Shown in pieces: positions 17,645 through 25,758 of a stretch of 32,000 nt of DNA. Both the position numbers and the translations under genes were made by a program. Numbering within the stretch: the first letter of the stretch is position 1; each line of letters opens with the position of its first letter. The DNA lies in assembly GCA_963793265.1 (NCBI GenBank), contig CAWBZI010000001.1, forward strand, positions 1,582,758 through 1,614,757, written 5' to 3'. A model generated the notes under the pieces. That model saw nothing but the letters and a program-made list of their open reading frames with translations. It had not been told where the DNA came from and did no database searches. Source of the DNA: an uncultured cyanobacterium (GTDB lineage: Bacteria; Cyanobacteriota; Cyanobacteriia; Phormidesmidales; Phormidesmidaceae).

Positions 17645-17827
17645 ACACGACAATATTTTGGCTACTACCCCTGCATTTCGGGTTTATGTCCCCAGACACA
17701 GAGCTAGTGTTGGCCAGTTAGCTACTATTTACTCGTCATATAAAAATAAACTGGTCATTACGCAAAAAAGTACTTAAGTACATATAGGCTTTTTTGTGGT
17801 CATTGTTTTACGAGGAGTAACCGAGTC

Positions 17828-18640
17828 ATGTCTGTCAGAAAAAAACTTTTAGGAGCCCTGAGCCTAGCTTTAATGGCAGCAGGAATGCATTTGCCAGCCA
17901 ATGCTGAAACGCTCGAATCACAAACGCTTAGCGTCGAGGATACCAGCGGCCTACAGCTAGAGAGCTTGCCTACCCAAGGGTTATTGGAAGCAGACGCATC
18001 GTCTCCAGATTTGGCTATCACTGAGGTCAGCGAGCCTACCTACCTACAGCTCGAAAGCTTACAAACTGAGAACTTACAGGCTGAGAACTTACAAACTGAA
18101 AGCCTACAGGCCGAGAGCTTACCGTCTGAAAATTTAGAAACTGCCGCACTCGACGCATCAGAACTAGAAGCTGTTGAGCTAGATGTAGACGAGTCATCAG
18201 AGATAGCCCAAGCTCGCCGCCGTACTCGGAACAGAGTCGCCCGTAGTGGCTCAGATTTTGTTGGTATCGGTGCTGACTTTGGCTACGTAGATAGCGTTTC
18301 TTTTGCTGTAATCAGCAAGCTGTCTCTATCCGAACAAATTGCCCTGCGTCCTTCTGTCTTAGTGGGGGACGATCTTGCGGTGCTAGTTCCTGTTACCTAC
18401 GAGTTCACTCGCTTTTCTACCGACGTTAGCGGCTTCCAGATTCGACCCTATGCGGGCGTAGGCGCTTCTTACGATGGCGACGGTGAAGACTTTAATCTGC
18501 TATTGGCAGCGGGCGCAGATGCACCACTCTCTCAACGCTTTACGCTGAACGCACAGGCCAACTTAGGCGTGTTTAACGATACTGACTTCGGCGTAACGGT
18601 AGGTGTTGGCTACAACTTCGGTAGCCTGCTTGGCCGATAG
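17828..18640 (+). CDS. Small outer-membrane beta-barrel protein (paralog 1) with a repeat-containing acidic N-terminal extension
   Basis: It has a signal peptide (LLGALSLALMAAGMHLPANA). The C-terminal 130 aa show alternating beta-strand patterns and end in GVGYNFGSLLGR. This part closely resembles the next gene. Confidence 0.7.
   Translation: MSVRKKLLGALSLALMAAGMHLPANAETLESQTLSVEDTSGLQLESLPTQGLLEADASSPDLAITEVSEPTYLQLESLQTENLQAENLQTESLQAESLPSENLETAALDASELEAVELDVDESSEIAQARRRTRNRVARSGSDFVGIGADFGYVDSVSFAVISKLSLSEQIALRPSVLVGDDLAVLVPVTYEFTRFSTDVSGFQIRPYAGVGASYDGDGEDFNLLLAAGADAPLSQRFTLNAQANLGVFNDTDFGVTVGVGYNFGSLLGR
18053..18142 (+). repeat. Six tandem 15-nt coding repeats (pentapeptide units E-x-L-Q/P/E-x)
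   Basis: The units are gaaagcttacaaact, gagaacttacaggct, gagaacttacaaact, gaaagcctacaggcc, gagagcttaccgtct and gaaaatttagaaact. They are in frame within the OMP paralog 1 CDS and encode ESLQTENLQAENLQTESLQAESLPSENLET. Confidence 0.9.
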
Positions 18641-18697
18641 AGGCTTGGGTTCTGTTTTAATGAAACTTCTCGATTGAGCAGTGCGGTTGTTTAGAAA

Positions 18698-18730
18698 GCG
18701 GCTGAAGATAATTTCTTCAGTCGCTTTTTA
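18698..18730 (+). terminator. Rho-independent terminator after OMP paralog 1
   Basis: GCGGCTGAAGA (18698-18708) pairs with TCTTCAGTCGC (18714-18724) with one mismatch. TTTTT follows at 18725-18729. Confidence 0.7.
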
Positions 18731-18863
18731 TTGGCTGCGCATAATAGCTTGATTATTGTCTTCAGCCATAGGTCAAATGTAAATAACTTGATGTAATTGT
18801 GGGTAGTCTGTGAATACGCATCGCCTATAGAAAAAGCAAAAGCCGTTAGAGGAGTATTTGTAT

Positions 18864-19460
18864 ATGTCAGTGAAAAAAGGTTTGTTGAGTGTCATTGGCT
18901 TGGCTGTGCTCGCAATGGGGTTGCATTTGCCCGCACAGGCACAAACTATCGAGCAAGAGAGTGAATCAAACTACTTGGTAGCAGGAGACATAGAAGAGCT
19001 AGCTCAAAACCGTCGCAGACGAAATCCAGCGAATAGAGAGATGGATAGGGGCTCTGATTTTGTGGGCATTGGTGCCAATGTGGGCTACGTCAATGATGTC
19101 TCTGGCGTTGTTATCAGCAAAATTACGATTCGAGACAGACTTTCTATACGCCCTTCTCTCTCTATCGGTGACGACTTTGCTGTTTTAGTTCCACTTACTT
19201 ATGATTTTAGAGAAGCTAGTGGTGAGGTTGAAGGATTTCAGCTACGTCCTTACGCTGGCTTAGGGGCTTCTTGGGCAAATGAAAACAACAACAGAGGCGA
19301 TGATACTTCTGATTTGCACTTGCTATTATCAGCAGGAGTAGATGTTCCAGTATCTCGACGATTCACGGTCAATGCCCAGGCTAACTTAGGCGTCTTTAAC
19401 GATACAGAGTTTGGCGCTACTGTTGGCGTTGGTTACAACGTAGGCAACTTTTTCCGCTAA
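18864..19460 (+). CDS. Small outer-membrane beta-barrel protein (paralog 2)
   Basis: I placed the start at ATG 18864 (MSVKKGLLSVIGLAVLAMGLHLPAQA) by analogy with paralog 1 (MSVRKKLLGAL...). The C-terminal region is colinear with paralog 1 (GSDFVGIGA..GYV, AVLVP.TY.F, GFQ.RPYAG.GAS, RFT.NAQANLGVFNDT.FG.TVGVGYN). Confidence 0.7.
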   Translation: MSVKKGLLSVIGLAVLAMGLHLPAQAQTIEQESESNYLVAGDIEELAQNRRRRNPANREMDRGSDFVGIGANVGYVNDVSGVVISKITIRDRLSIRPSLSIGDDFAVLVPLTYDFREASGEVEGFQLRPYAGLGASWANENNNRGDDTSDLHLLLSAGVDVPVSRRFTVNAQANLGVFNDTEFGATVGVGYNVGNFFR

Positions 19461-19516
19461 AGCGCTTTGCTAATACTGCGCTAGTGATTTCCTAATTTTG
19501 ATGAATTAGAAACAAC

Positions 19517-19553
19517 AGAGAGATTGAGTCAATACTTAGTCTCTCTTTTTGTT
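19517..19553 (+). terminator. Rho-independent terminator after OMP paralog 2
   Basis: AGAGAGA (19517-19523) pairs with TCTCTCT (19540-19546), with partial inner pairing. TTTTTGTTTG follows. Confidence 0.65.
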
Positions 19554-19570
19554 TGCAGCAATGAGGACAT

Positions 19571-21076
19571 ATTATCGTTATTTCGTCTTCTCAATCTGAA
19601 AAACCAAAATTACAAAAACCAAGATTACAAACTGACTTAGACCGGCTAAGAAAAAAGTTTCAGCAAACGTGGGGATACGATGATTTTCGATCGCCGCAGG
19701 GAGAGATCGCGCTGTCGCTGTTGCAGGGTCGAGACTCTATTACGGTGATGCCGACCGGGGGCGGAAAGTCTGTTTGTTTTCAGCTACCGGCTTTGATGAG
19801 CACAGGCGTAACTTTGGTGATATCGCCTTTGGTTGCTCTAATGGAAAATCAGGTACAAGAGCTAAAAGAGAAAAACTTACCCGCAGCGGCTTTGCATAGT
19901 GAGTTAGGCGGGTCGGCTCACTGGCAGACGTTGCGATCGCTCCAAAACAACAAACTCCGCCTCCTCTACCTCTCTCCTGAAACGCTCCTAAGCCCCAAAG
20001 TCTGGGAAATTCTCTGCTTGCCCCAGGTTGCCATCAACGCCCTAGTGCTCGACGAAGCTCACTGCCTCACCCAGTGGGGCAATAGCTTTCGCCCCGCCTA
20101 CCGACGACTAGGAGCCGTACGACCAGCACTACTACAGCACAAACCTGAAGGGACTAGAATTGCGATCCCGGCCTTCACCGCCACCGCCGACCCCATCACC
20201 CAAAGCGCCCTCCATACCGTCCTCCGCCTACAAAACCCTCAGCTCATCCGCCTCAATCCCTATCGCAAAAACCTACACCTCACTGTCAAAACAGTCTGGA
20301 CGCCCAAGGCTCGCAAGCAAGCCCTGCTCCAGTTCATTCAAAGCAAAGGCAGACAGTCGGGCTTAGTCTACGCTCGTACCCGCCGAGGCACAGAAGATCT
20401 CGCGCAGTGGCTAGCGGCTAAAGGCTACAAGGTCAGAGCCTATCACGGCGGACTCGCGGCTTCTGTTCGCCGCCAAATAGAAGCGCAGTGGATTGACAAT
20501 ACCTGTCAGTTTGTCGTGTGCAGCTCTGCGTTTGGCATGGGCATCAACAAAGCTGACTGCCGGTTTGTCGCCCATTACGAAGTGCCTACGCTGCTAGCCG
20601 AATATGTGCAAGAGGTTGGTCGGGGTGGGCGAGATGGCAAGCCTGCAACAGCATTGGCTATCGTTAGCGAGCGCACGGGACTGCTTGCCCCTGAAGACAA
20701 AAGACGCTGGCAGTTCTTCGAGCAAAAGGCGCAGCAGCTACAGTCGTCAGCCGCTCAGCTCATTAAGCAAATTCCACCAGAAGGGAATATCGATGAGGTC
20801 AGGCGAAAGTTTCGCAACGGCGAGCAGGCTTTAGCGCTACTCCATCGGGACGGTCAGCTACGCTGGCTAGATCCTTTTACCTATCAAGTTCAAAAGAAAC
20901 CACAGAGAAAAGTAGAAAAACAGCCCTCGTCTGTAGCGGTGATGAAGCGCTATTTATTTACGCGGCGCTGTCGGTGGCAGTTTTTGCTAGAGGCGTTTGG
21001 GTTTGCTGATGAGGCGCAGGGTATGAGGTGTGGGAAGTGCGATCGCTGTCTTTCGTGTCAGACTAAACGTAGATAA
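19571..21076 (+). CDS. recQ: RecQ-family ATP-dependent DNA helicase (short form, no HRDC domain)
   Basis: Motifs present: MPTGGGKSVCFQLPA (Walker A), LVLDEAHC (DEAH), FTATA, and a C-terminal Zn-binding Cys cluster (RRCRW...CGKCDRC). The canonical-start ORF begins at TTG 19721. The same frame is open from 19565 and encodes the conserved RecQ motif-0 region (LRKKFQQTWGYDDFRSPQGEIALSLLQGRD). The 5' end given here is a provisional ATT codon. Confidence 0.85.
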   Translation: MIVISSSQSEKPKLQKPRLQTDLDRLRKKFQQTWGYDDFRSPQGEIALSLLQGRDSITVMPTGGGKSVCFQLPALMSTGVTLVISPLVALMENQVQELKEKNLPAAALHSELGGSAHWQTLRSLQNNKLRLLYLSPETLLSPKVWEILCLPQVAINALVLDEAHCLTQWGNSFRPAYRRLGAVRPALLQHKPEGTRIAIPAFTATADPITQSALHTVLRLQNPQLIRLNPYRKNLHLTVKTVWTPKARKQALLQFIQSKGRQSGLVYARTRRGTEDLAQWLAAKGYKVRAYHGGLAASVRRQIEAQWIDNTCQFVVCSSAFGMGINKADCRFVAHYEVPTLLAEYVQEVGRGGRDGKPATALAIVSERTGLLAPEDKRRWQFFEQKAQQLQSSAAQLIKQIPPEGNIDEVRRKFRNGEQALALLHRDGQLRWLDPFTYQVQKKPQRKVEKQPSSVAVMKRYLFTRRCRWQFLLEAFGFADEAQGMRCGKCDRCLSCQTKRR

Positions 21077-21078
21077 AA

Positions 21079-21321
21079 ATGGAGGCGATTGTGACGACTG
21101 AACAGCTACTTCTAGAACACTGGCACAGCCTGCCTGAAGAAAAACAAAAGGCAGTCTTGGACTTTGCAGAATTCCTCCGACGTAAGACAGCAACACTAGA
21201 TCCCCCATCTAAAAAGGTAAAGCGTCGCTTTCCAGTACCCAAGCTAGCAGGTAAAGCCAAGATCATAGGAGATATTGTCAGACCCGTTGTTGACGAGGAG
21301 GACTGGGAGTGTCTGAAATAA
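21079..21321 (+). CDS. DUF2281-like antitoxin (VapB-type partner)
   Basis: The 80-aa ORF contains EHWHSLPEEKQKAVLDFAEFL. It overlaps the downstream PIN gene by 13 nt. Confidence 0.75.
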   Translation: MEAIVTTEQLLLEHWHSLPEEKQKAVLDFAEFLRRKTATLDPPSKKVKRRFPVPKLAGKAKIIGDIVRPVVDEEDWECLK

Positions 21322-21710
21322 TTGTCTTAGACACTCACATCTGGATTTGGCTAGTCAATGGCAATCTAGAAAAGATTCCAGGATCGTGGCTAGAACAGAT
21401 TGAGACTGTTGAACGCATTGGCATATCGCCTGTATCTTGCTACGAAATATCCTTAGCTGTAAAGAAAGGAGGGCTTATTCTGCCTTCTACTGCGCAAGCC
21501 TGGTTTGATCAATCGATAGACGCAGCAGGCATAGAAGTATTGCCTTTGACAGCTCGCATTGCAGACAAAGCAGTTTCCTTGTCTCCCGTTCACAAAGATC
21601 CATTCGACAGAATGATTATTGCGACAGCACTGGACTACGCGGCAAGTCTTGCTAGCGTAGACAAGTTGTTTTCAAAGTACGAAGAACTGAAGGGATATCT
21701 GCTGACTTAA
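21309..21710 (+). CDS. vapC: PIN-domain toxin, VapC family
   Basis: The 133-aa ORF has a GTG start. It has an N-terminal acidic motif (IVLDTHIWIW) and a C-terminal HKDPFDRMIIATAL motif, as expected for a PIN domain. Confidence 0.85.
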   Translation: MSEIIVLDTHIWIWLVNGNLEKIPGSWLEQIETVERIGISPVSCYEISLAVKKGGLILPSTAQAWFDQSIDAAGIEVLPLTARIADKAVSLSPVHKDPFDRMIIATALDYAASLASVDKLFSKYEELKGYLLT

Positions 21711-21712
21711 AG

Positions 21713-22504
21713 CTACGCTTTCTCAGTTCGTTTTTCATCGCCAGCGATAACTAACGGCTCCTCGGTAGAGTCCGTGTCGGTTGCGACAGCCGAAAGATTG
21801 GGAATCGTCGTGGTTTCTAGCTCAGCTTCGTCAGTTACTTTTTTAGAGAAGCCCCAGGCAAACAGCGCAAAAATGAGGCTGACCATGATCCACTCGGGCG
21901 GTACCCATTCAGGATTAATCACCCGCACGAGTAGACGAATGCCGACAAAGGCAACTGTGACAAAGCCTGCGTCTTCTAAGTGAACGTAAATTTCAAGCCA
22001 GCGGATGAACAGGCCCGCCATGAAGCGGAGGGCGATGATACCGATGGTGCCGCCGAGCAATACGATTAAGACATCTTTTGAAAGGGCGATCGCAGTCGTC
22101 ACACTATCCAGTGAAAAGGCAATATCCGTCAGCGCAATTGTCGGCACCGCCTGCCAAAGCGTCGCAAACTTCGGCCCTTTCCCTTCACCATCTTCGCCAT
22201 CACCTGACATAAAGTGCTGATACACCAGCCATAGCAAATACAGGGCTCCAGCCACTTCAAACTGCCAGTACTTGAGCACCCAGCTAGCGGCTAAAATCAG
22301 CGACACTCGCAAGATGAAGGCGACAATAAGGCCCAAGTTAAGCGCCTTTTTTTGGAGTTCTTCGGTTTGTAGGCCCTGCGCGATCGCTGCCAAAGCAATA
22401 GCATTATCAGCCGAGAGCACCAGCTCTAACAGGATCAATACCGGCAATAGCAGTAAGGTATCGCCTCCTAACGTGGGAGACATTTCAAGCAGGCGATCTA
22501 GCAT
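21713..22504 (-). CDS. TerC-family integral membrane protein
   Basis: The 263-aa polytopic protein has the paired TerC motifs LSADNAIALAAIA and FSLDSVTTAIALS. Confidence 0.9.
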   Translation of the reverse strand: MLDRLLEMSPTLGGDTLLLLPVLILLELVLSADNAIALAAIAQGLQTEELQKKALNLGLIVAFILRVSLILAASWVLKYWQFEVAGALYLLWLVYQHFMSGDGEDGEGKGPKFATLWQAVPTIALTDIAFSLDSVTTAIALSKDVLIVLLGGTIGIIALRFMAGLFIRWLEIYVHLEDAGFVTVAFVGIRLLVRVINPEWVPPEWIMVSLIFALFAWGFSKKVTDEAELETTTIPNLSAVATDTDSTEEPLVIAGDEKRTEKA

Positions 22505-22644
22505 GTGTCTGAACTCTTGGGCAGAACCCTGTAAAAATGAGCTAAAAAAATTTAAGACAAAAGATAGTGTCTCTCATCCTTTTTAGCAAGATAGGCTACA
22601 AACGCCTTCCCCTATCTAGAATAGATCGAAAGCCAAAGGCTATT

Positions 22645-23409
22645 ATGCTTTATTGGCTCGCCCCTTCATCCTTTGCACCTGTGGTCACTTCCCTCGAAAA
22701 ATTTAGATCCCAATATCCAGAGGGTGCGCTTGTTTCAAATCTGGTCACGATTCAAGACGGACAGTATGTGGTGCGCGCGGTGATTGTGCAAAAGGGTGAA
22801 ACGCTAGCAACCGGGCTGGCGGCTAGTGTGGACGTGCAGATTGCTGAAGATAAGGCGAGGGAGCGGGCGATCGCAACCCTAATCACCACCTCAGAAGCCT
22901 CTGTTCAAGACGCTATCCAAAGCTCATCCAATGGCTCCAAAGAAGCTGAGCCCATTGCCCAGCCTCCCATTCAAACGACTGACCAAACTGCTACTCAAAC
23001 GCCAACAGTTGCTATACCAACAGTCAGTTCGCGATCATCTGACGAGATTATAGAAAGCGAGCCCGTTTTGCCGACAGCAGACGAATCACTAGAAGAACCT
23101 GCCGAAGAGGAAGATCTGAGCCCGCCTATTGAGGCTATTCAAGAAAGTGCCCTTGAGGAAGATACGGTAGCCGCAGCGCCTGCCAAGCCTTCGGCAGCGA
23201 CGCTTGCGCTAGAGAGCTTTAACACAAGCGCTAACCCGGTTGACCTTTCAGATGTGATTGCGCAAACCGATGTGGAGCTGACTCGGTTGGGCTGGACAAA
23301 TGTACAGGGGCGAGAGTATCTAGAAAAGACGTATGGGAAGCGATCGCGTCAGCAGCTCACCGACGAAGAGCTTATGAGCTTCTTGCTCTACCTAGAAGAT
23401 CAAAGCTAA
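22645..23409 (+). CDS. Hypothetical protein with an acidic, low-complexity central region
   Basis: I moved the start to ATG 22645 (MLYWLAPSS...). The longer ORF from 22567 would run through the likely terminus and promoter region of the divergent TerC gene. I recognise no family. Confidence 0.55.
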   Translation: MLYWLAPSSFAPVVTSLEKFRSQYPEGALVSNLVTIQDGQYVVRAVIVQKGETLATGLAASVDVQIAEDKARERAIATLITTSEASVQDAIQSSSNGSKEAEPIAQPPIQTTDQTATQTPTVAIPTVSSRSSDEIIESEPVLPTADESLEEPAEEEDLSPPIEAIQESALEEDTVAAAPAKPSAATLALESFNTSANPVDLSDVIAQTDVELTRLGWTNVQGREYLEKTYGKRSRQQLTDEELMSFLLYLEDQS

Positions 23410-24707
23410 GCGACTGATTCCTTCTCGGCCCGTTTCTGAACGATCTGACTTCTAATATCTGCGGCTTGCTCAAGCAACTCGGCCTGCATCAGCTCAGACT
23501 GCTCACCCGAAGCCAACCACTTAAGCTGAACCTTTCCGGCCTCAGCCTCAGCATCTCCCAAAATCAAACCCACCACCGCGCCACTGCGATCGGCCCTCTT
23601 GAACTGCTTACCAAAGGCGCTACCGCTCAAATCAACTTCTACCGAATAGCCCTGCTTGCGCAGCTTATCGGCTAGCACCGCCGATTGAAACTCAGCCTTC
23701 TCGCCCCGAGAAATCAAATAAATGTCCAGCTCTGGCGTTGTGCTAAAGCGTTCCATTTGCTCTAGCAGAATAATTAAGCGCTCTAAGCCCATGCCAAACC
23801 CAATTGCAGGCGTATCTGGCCCACCTAATTGAGACACAAGGCCGTCATAACGACCGCCGCCGCATACCGTCGCCTGAGCGCCCAAGTCGGATGACTGAAT
23901 CTCGAAGGCGGTGTGTGTGTAGTAGTCTAGGCCGCGAACGAGGCGTGGATTGATGTTGAAAGGAATGCCTAAGTTAGTGAGGTGCTGCTGTAGGCCATCA
24001 AAATGGCGCTGAGAGTCTTCGCTGAGGTAGTCGAGCAAACTAGGCGCATCGACAACAATCTCTTGGGTGCGCTTGTCTTTGCTGTCTAAAATTCGGAGCG
24101 GATTGCGGGTCAGACGGTCTTGTGAGTCTTCGTCTAGGTCGCCTTTAAAGGGCGTGAAGTAGTTGACTAGCGCTTCTCGGTACTGCTGACGGTCTTCGCT
24201 GCTGCCGACAGAGTTGAGATCGAGCGACAGGGCTTTGAGGCCGAGGGTGTTGAGGATTTGGGTTGCGATCGCGATAATCTCCACGTCCGCCCTCGGGTCG
24301 CGGCTCCCCAAAATCTCCACGTCTAGCTGATGAAACTGCCGCTGCCGCCCTGCCTGCGGCCTTTCGTAACGAAAAGCCGGGCCAATATGCCACAGCCGTT
24401 GTACGCCCCCCTGGGCAAATAGCTTGTTTTGAATAAACGCCCGCACCAAACCCGCTGTAATTTCAGGTCGTAGCGCAATCGAGCGACCACCGCGATCTTC
24501 AAAGCTGTACATCTCTTTGCCCACCGCATCGGTTGCCTCACCAATGCCCCTGGCAAACAGCTCCGTCTGCTCAAAAACAGGCGTCCGAATTTCTCGATAG
24601 GCATAACTGCTGAGCGCTTGCCTGGCAATTCCTTCAATAGCCTCCCATAAAGGAGATTCTGAAGGCAAAATGTCGCGAGTCCCGCGAATGGCTTGAATGC
24701 TGCTCAT
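23406..24707 (-). CDS. hisS: Histidine--tRNA ligase
   Basis: The 433-aa ORF has class II aaRS motifs and HisRS signatures (GTRDILP, FRYERPQAGRQRQFHQ, GGGRYDGL, GFGMGLERL). Confidence 0.97.
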   Translation of the reverse strand: MSSIQAIRGTRDILPSESPLWEAIEGIARQALSSYAYREIRTPVFEQTELFARGIGEATDAVGKEMYSFEDRGGRSIALRPEITAGLVRAFIQNKLFAQGGVQRLWHIGPAFRYERPQAGRQRQFHQLDVEILGSRDPRADVEIIAIATQILNTLGLKALSLDLNSVGSSEDRQQYREALVNYFTPFKGDLDEDSQDRLTRNPLRILDSKDKRTQEIVVDAPSLLDYLSEDSQRHFDGLQQHLTNLGIPFNINPRLVRGLDYYTHTAFEIQSSDLGAQATVCGGGRYDGLVSQLGGPDTPAIGFGMGLERLIILLEQMERFSTTPELDIYLISRGEKAEFQSAVLADKLRKQGYSVEVDLSGSAFGKQFKRADRSGAVVGLILGDAEAEAGKVQLKWLASGEQSELMQAELLEQAADIRSQIVQKRAEKESVA

Positions 24708-24735
24708 GAAAAGTAAAGAACCTGTGTATCAGACG

Positions 24736-25170
24736 TTACGCGTCGGGCAAGTGACAGCAGTTTAGCTCGTCAATGCATACCTTACCTGACTGTAACGCCC
24801 AGCGAACTAATGCCACACGATTGCCGGTAGCTGTTTTATTAAGCACATTGCTCACATGGTTATCCACGGTGCGCTTGCTAATATCTAGCTCATTTGAAAT
24901 CTCTTGATTGGTCATGCCTGCGGACACTAGCTCTACAATCTGTAGCTCTCGCTTGGACAGCTCAGTCGCTAGCTCACTGGCTGGCTCACTGTGGTCTGCC
25001 CCCTCTTTGCGAGATGAATCTTGGGACGCATGAGGTTCTGAGCTGTGATGAGGGAGCATCGCTTCTTGAGCTGTATTTTGGTCGTTAGTCTTAACGTTTT
25101 GCTGAGAAGAGCGGCTGCCGTACATGAGCGTTTGATCTGTATTTATGCTTAGTATCTTTAGTGTAATCAA
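24736..25170 (-). CDS. LuxR/GerE-type HTH transcriptional regulator with no receiver domain
   Basis: The C-terminal GerE HTH reads LSKRELQIVELVSAGMTNQEISNELDISKRTVDNHVSNVLNKT. The N-terminal 70 aa are low-complexity, so the real start may be internal. The C-terminus carries CIDELNCC. Confidence 0.8.
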   Translation of the reverse strand: MITLKILSINTDQTLMYGSRSSQQNVKTNDQNTAQEAMLPHHSSEPHASQDSSRKEGADHSEPASELATELSKRELQIVELVSAGMTNQEISNELDISKRTVDNHVSNVLNKTATGNRVALVRWALQSGKVCIDELNCCHLPDA

Positions 25171-25174
25171 TTAG

Positions 25175-25675
25175 GTGAGTGCCATGCTGAATCTTGAGAG
25201 TTTCAATAGAATGTTCTGCTCAAAGACACATATTTTACTGATCGAGTGGAAAAGGGTGTTAGTGCAGGTTCAGACTTTTGTGCTGGTAGGCGTTTTTTGT
25301 TTGGCTGGACTGACTGGGGCGATCACCTTTCCCGTGGTGAGTCTTGCTGATGATGTCAACACTTTACCTGTGACTGAATCTGTCGCCCCTCTCACCGAAA
25401 GCACTGACGTTGCCGCCGAAAAAGTAGACCAGTTCGCCCAGGCTTATCTACACGTATTAGAGCTATTGAGTGACAGAGAGTCAGAACTACCTGCCGCCGA
25501 AACCAGCGCCGAAGCTGCCAAAGTACAGCAGTCTATTGAAGCAGAAGCCGTCTCTTTAATTGAAGAGAGCGGCCTGACCATGCCCGAATACATGCAGCTT
25601 CTTGGACTTGCCAGCGAAGACGCAAGCTTCCGTGACAAAGTACTTGGCAGCATGGACGAGTCGCTTCAGGAGTAA
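25175..25675 (+). CDS. DUF4168-like secreted protein
   Basis: It has a hydrophobic signal-like segment (FVLVGVFCLAGLTGAITFPVVSLA) and then a helical acidic region (FAQAYLHVLELL...GLTMPEYMQLL). The true start is probably downstream of 25175. Confidence 0.6.
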   Translation: MSAMLNLESFNRMFCSKTHILLIEWKRVLVQVQTFVLVGVFCLAGLTGAITFPVVSLADDVNTLPVTESVAPLTESTDVAAEKVDQFAQAYLHVLELLSDRESELPAAETSAEAAKVQQSIEAEAVSLIEESGLTMPEYMQLLGLASEDASFRDKVLGSMDESLQE

Positions 25676-25758
25676 GCAACCTTCAGGAAAGCACCCATAC
25701 CAATCTCAAAGAGTGAGTCAGCACGGGTGCGTATATTTTTACTTAGAAAGATTGCAGC

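Noticed and set aside
18053-18142. The tandem 15-nt repeats considered as a possible CRISPR or non-coding satellite array.
   Set aside because: The units are contiguous with no spacers. They are in frame within a signal-peptide-bearing CDS and encode a regular pentapeptide, so this is a coding repeat.
22505-22644. A possible yybP-ykoY-type (Mn) riboswitch in the TerC 5' leader.
   Set aside because: I could not find the conserved riboswitch core or a convincing multi-helix structure in the short leader. The call cannot be supported without a covariance-model scan.
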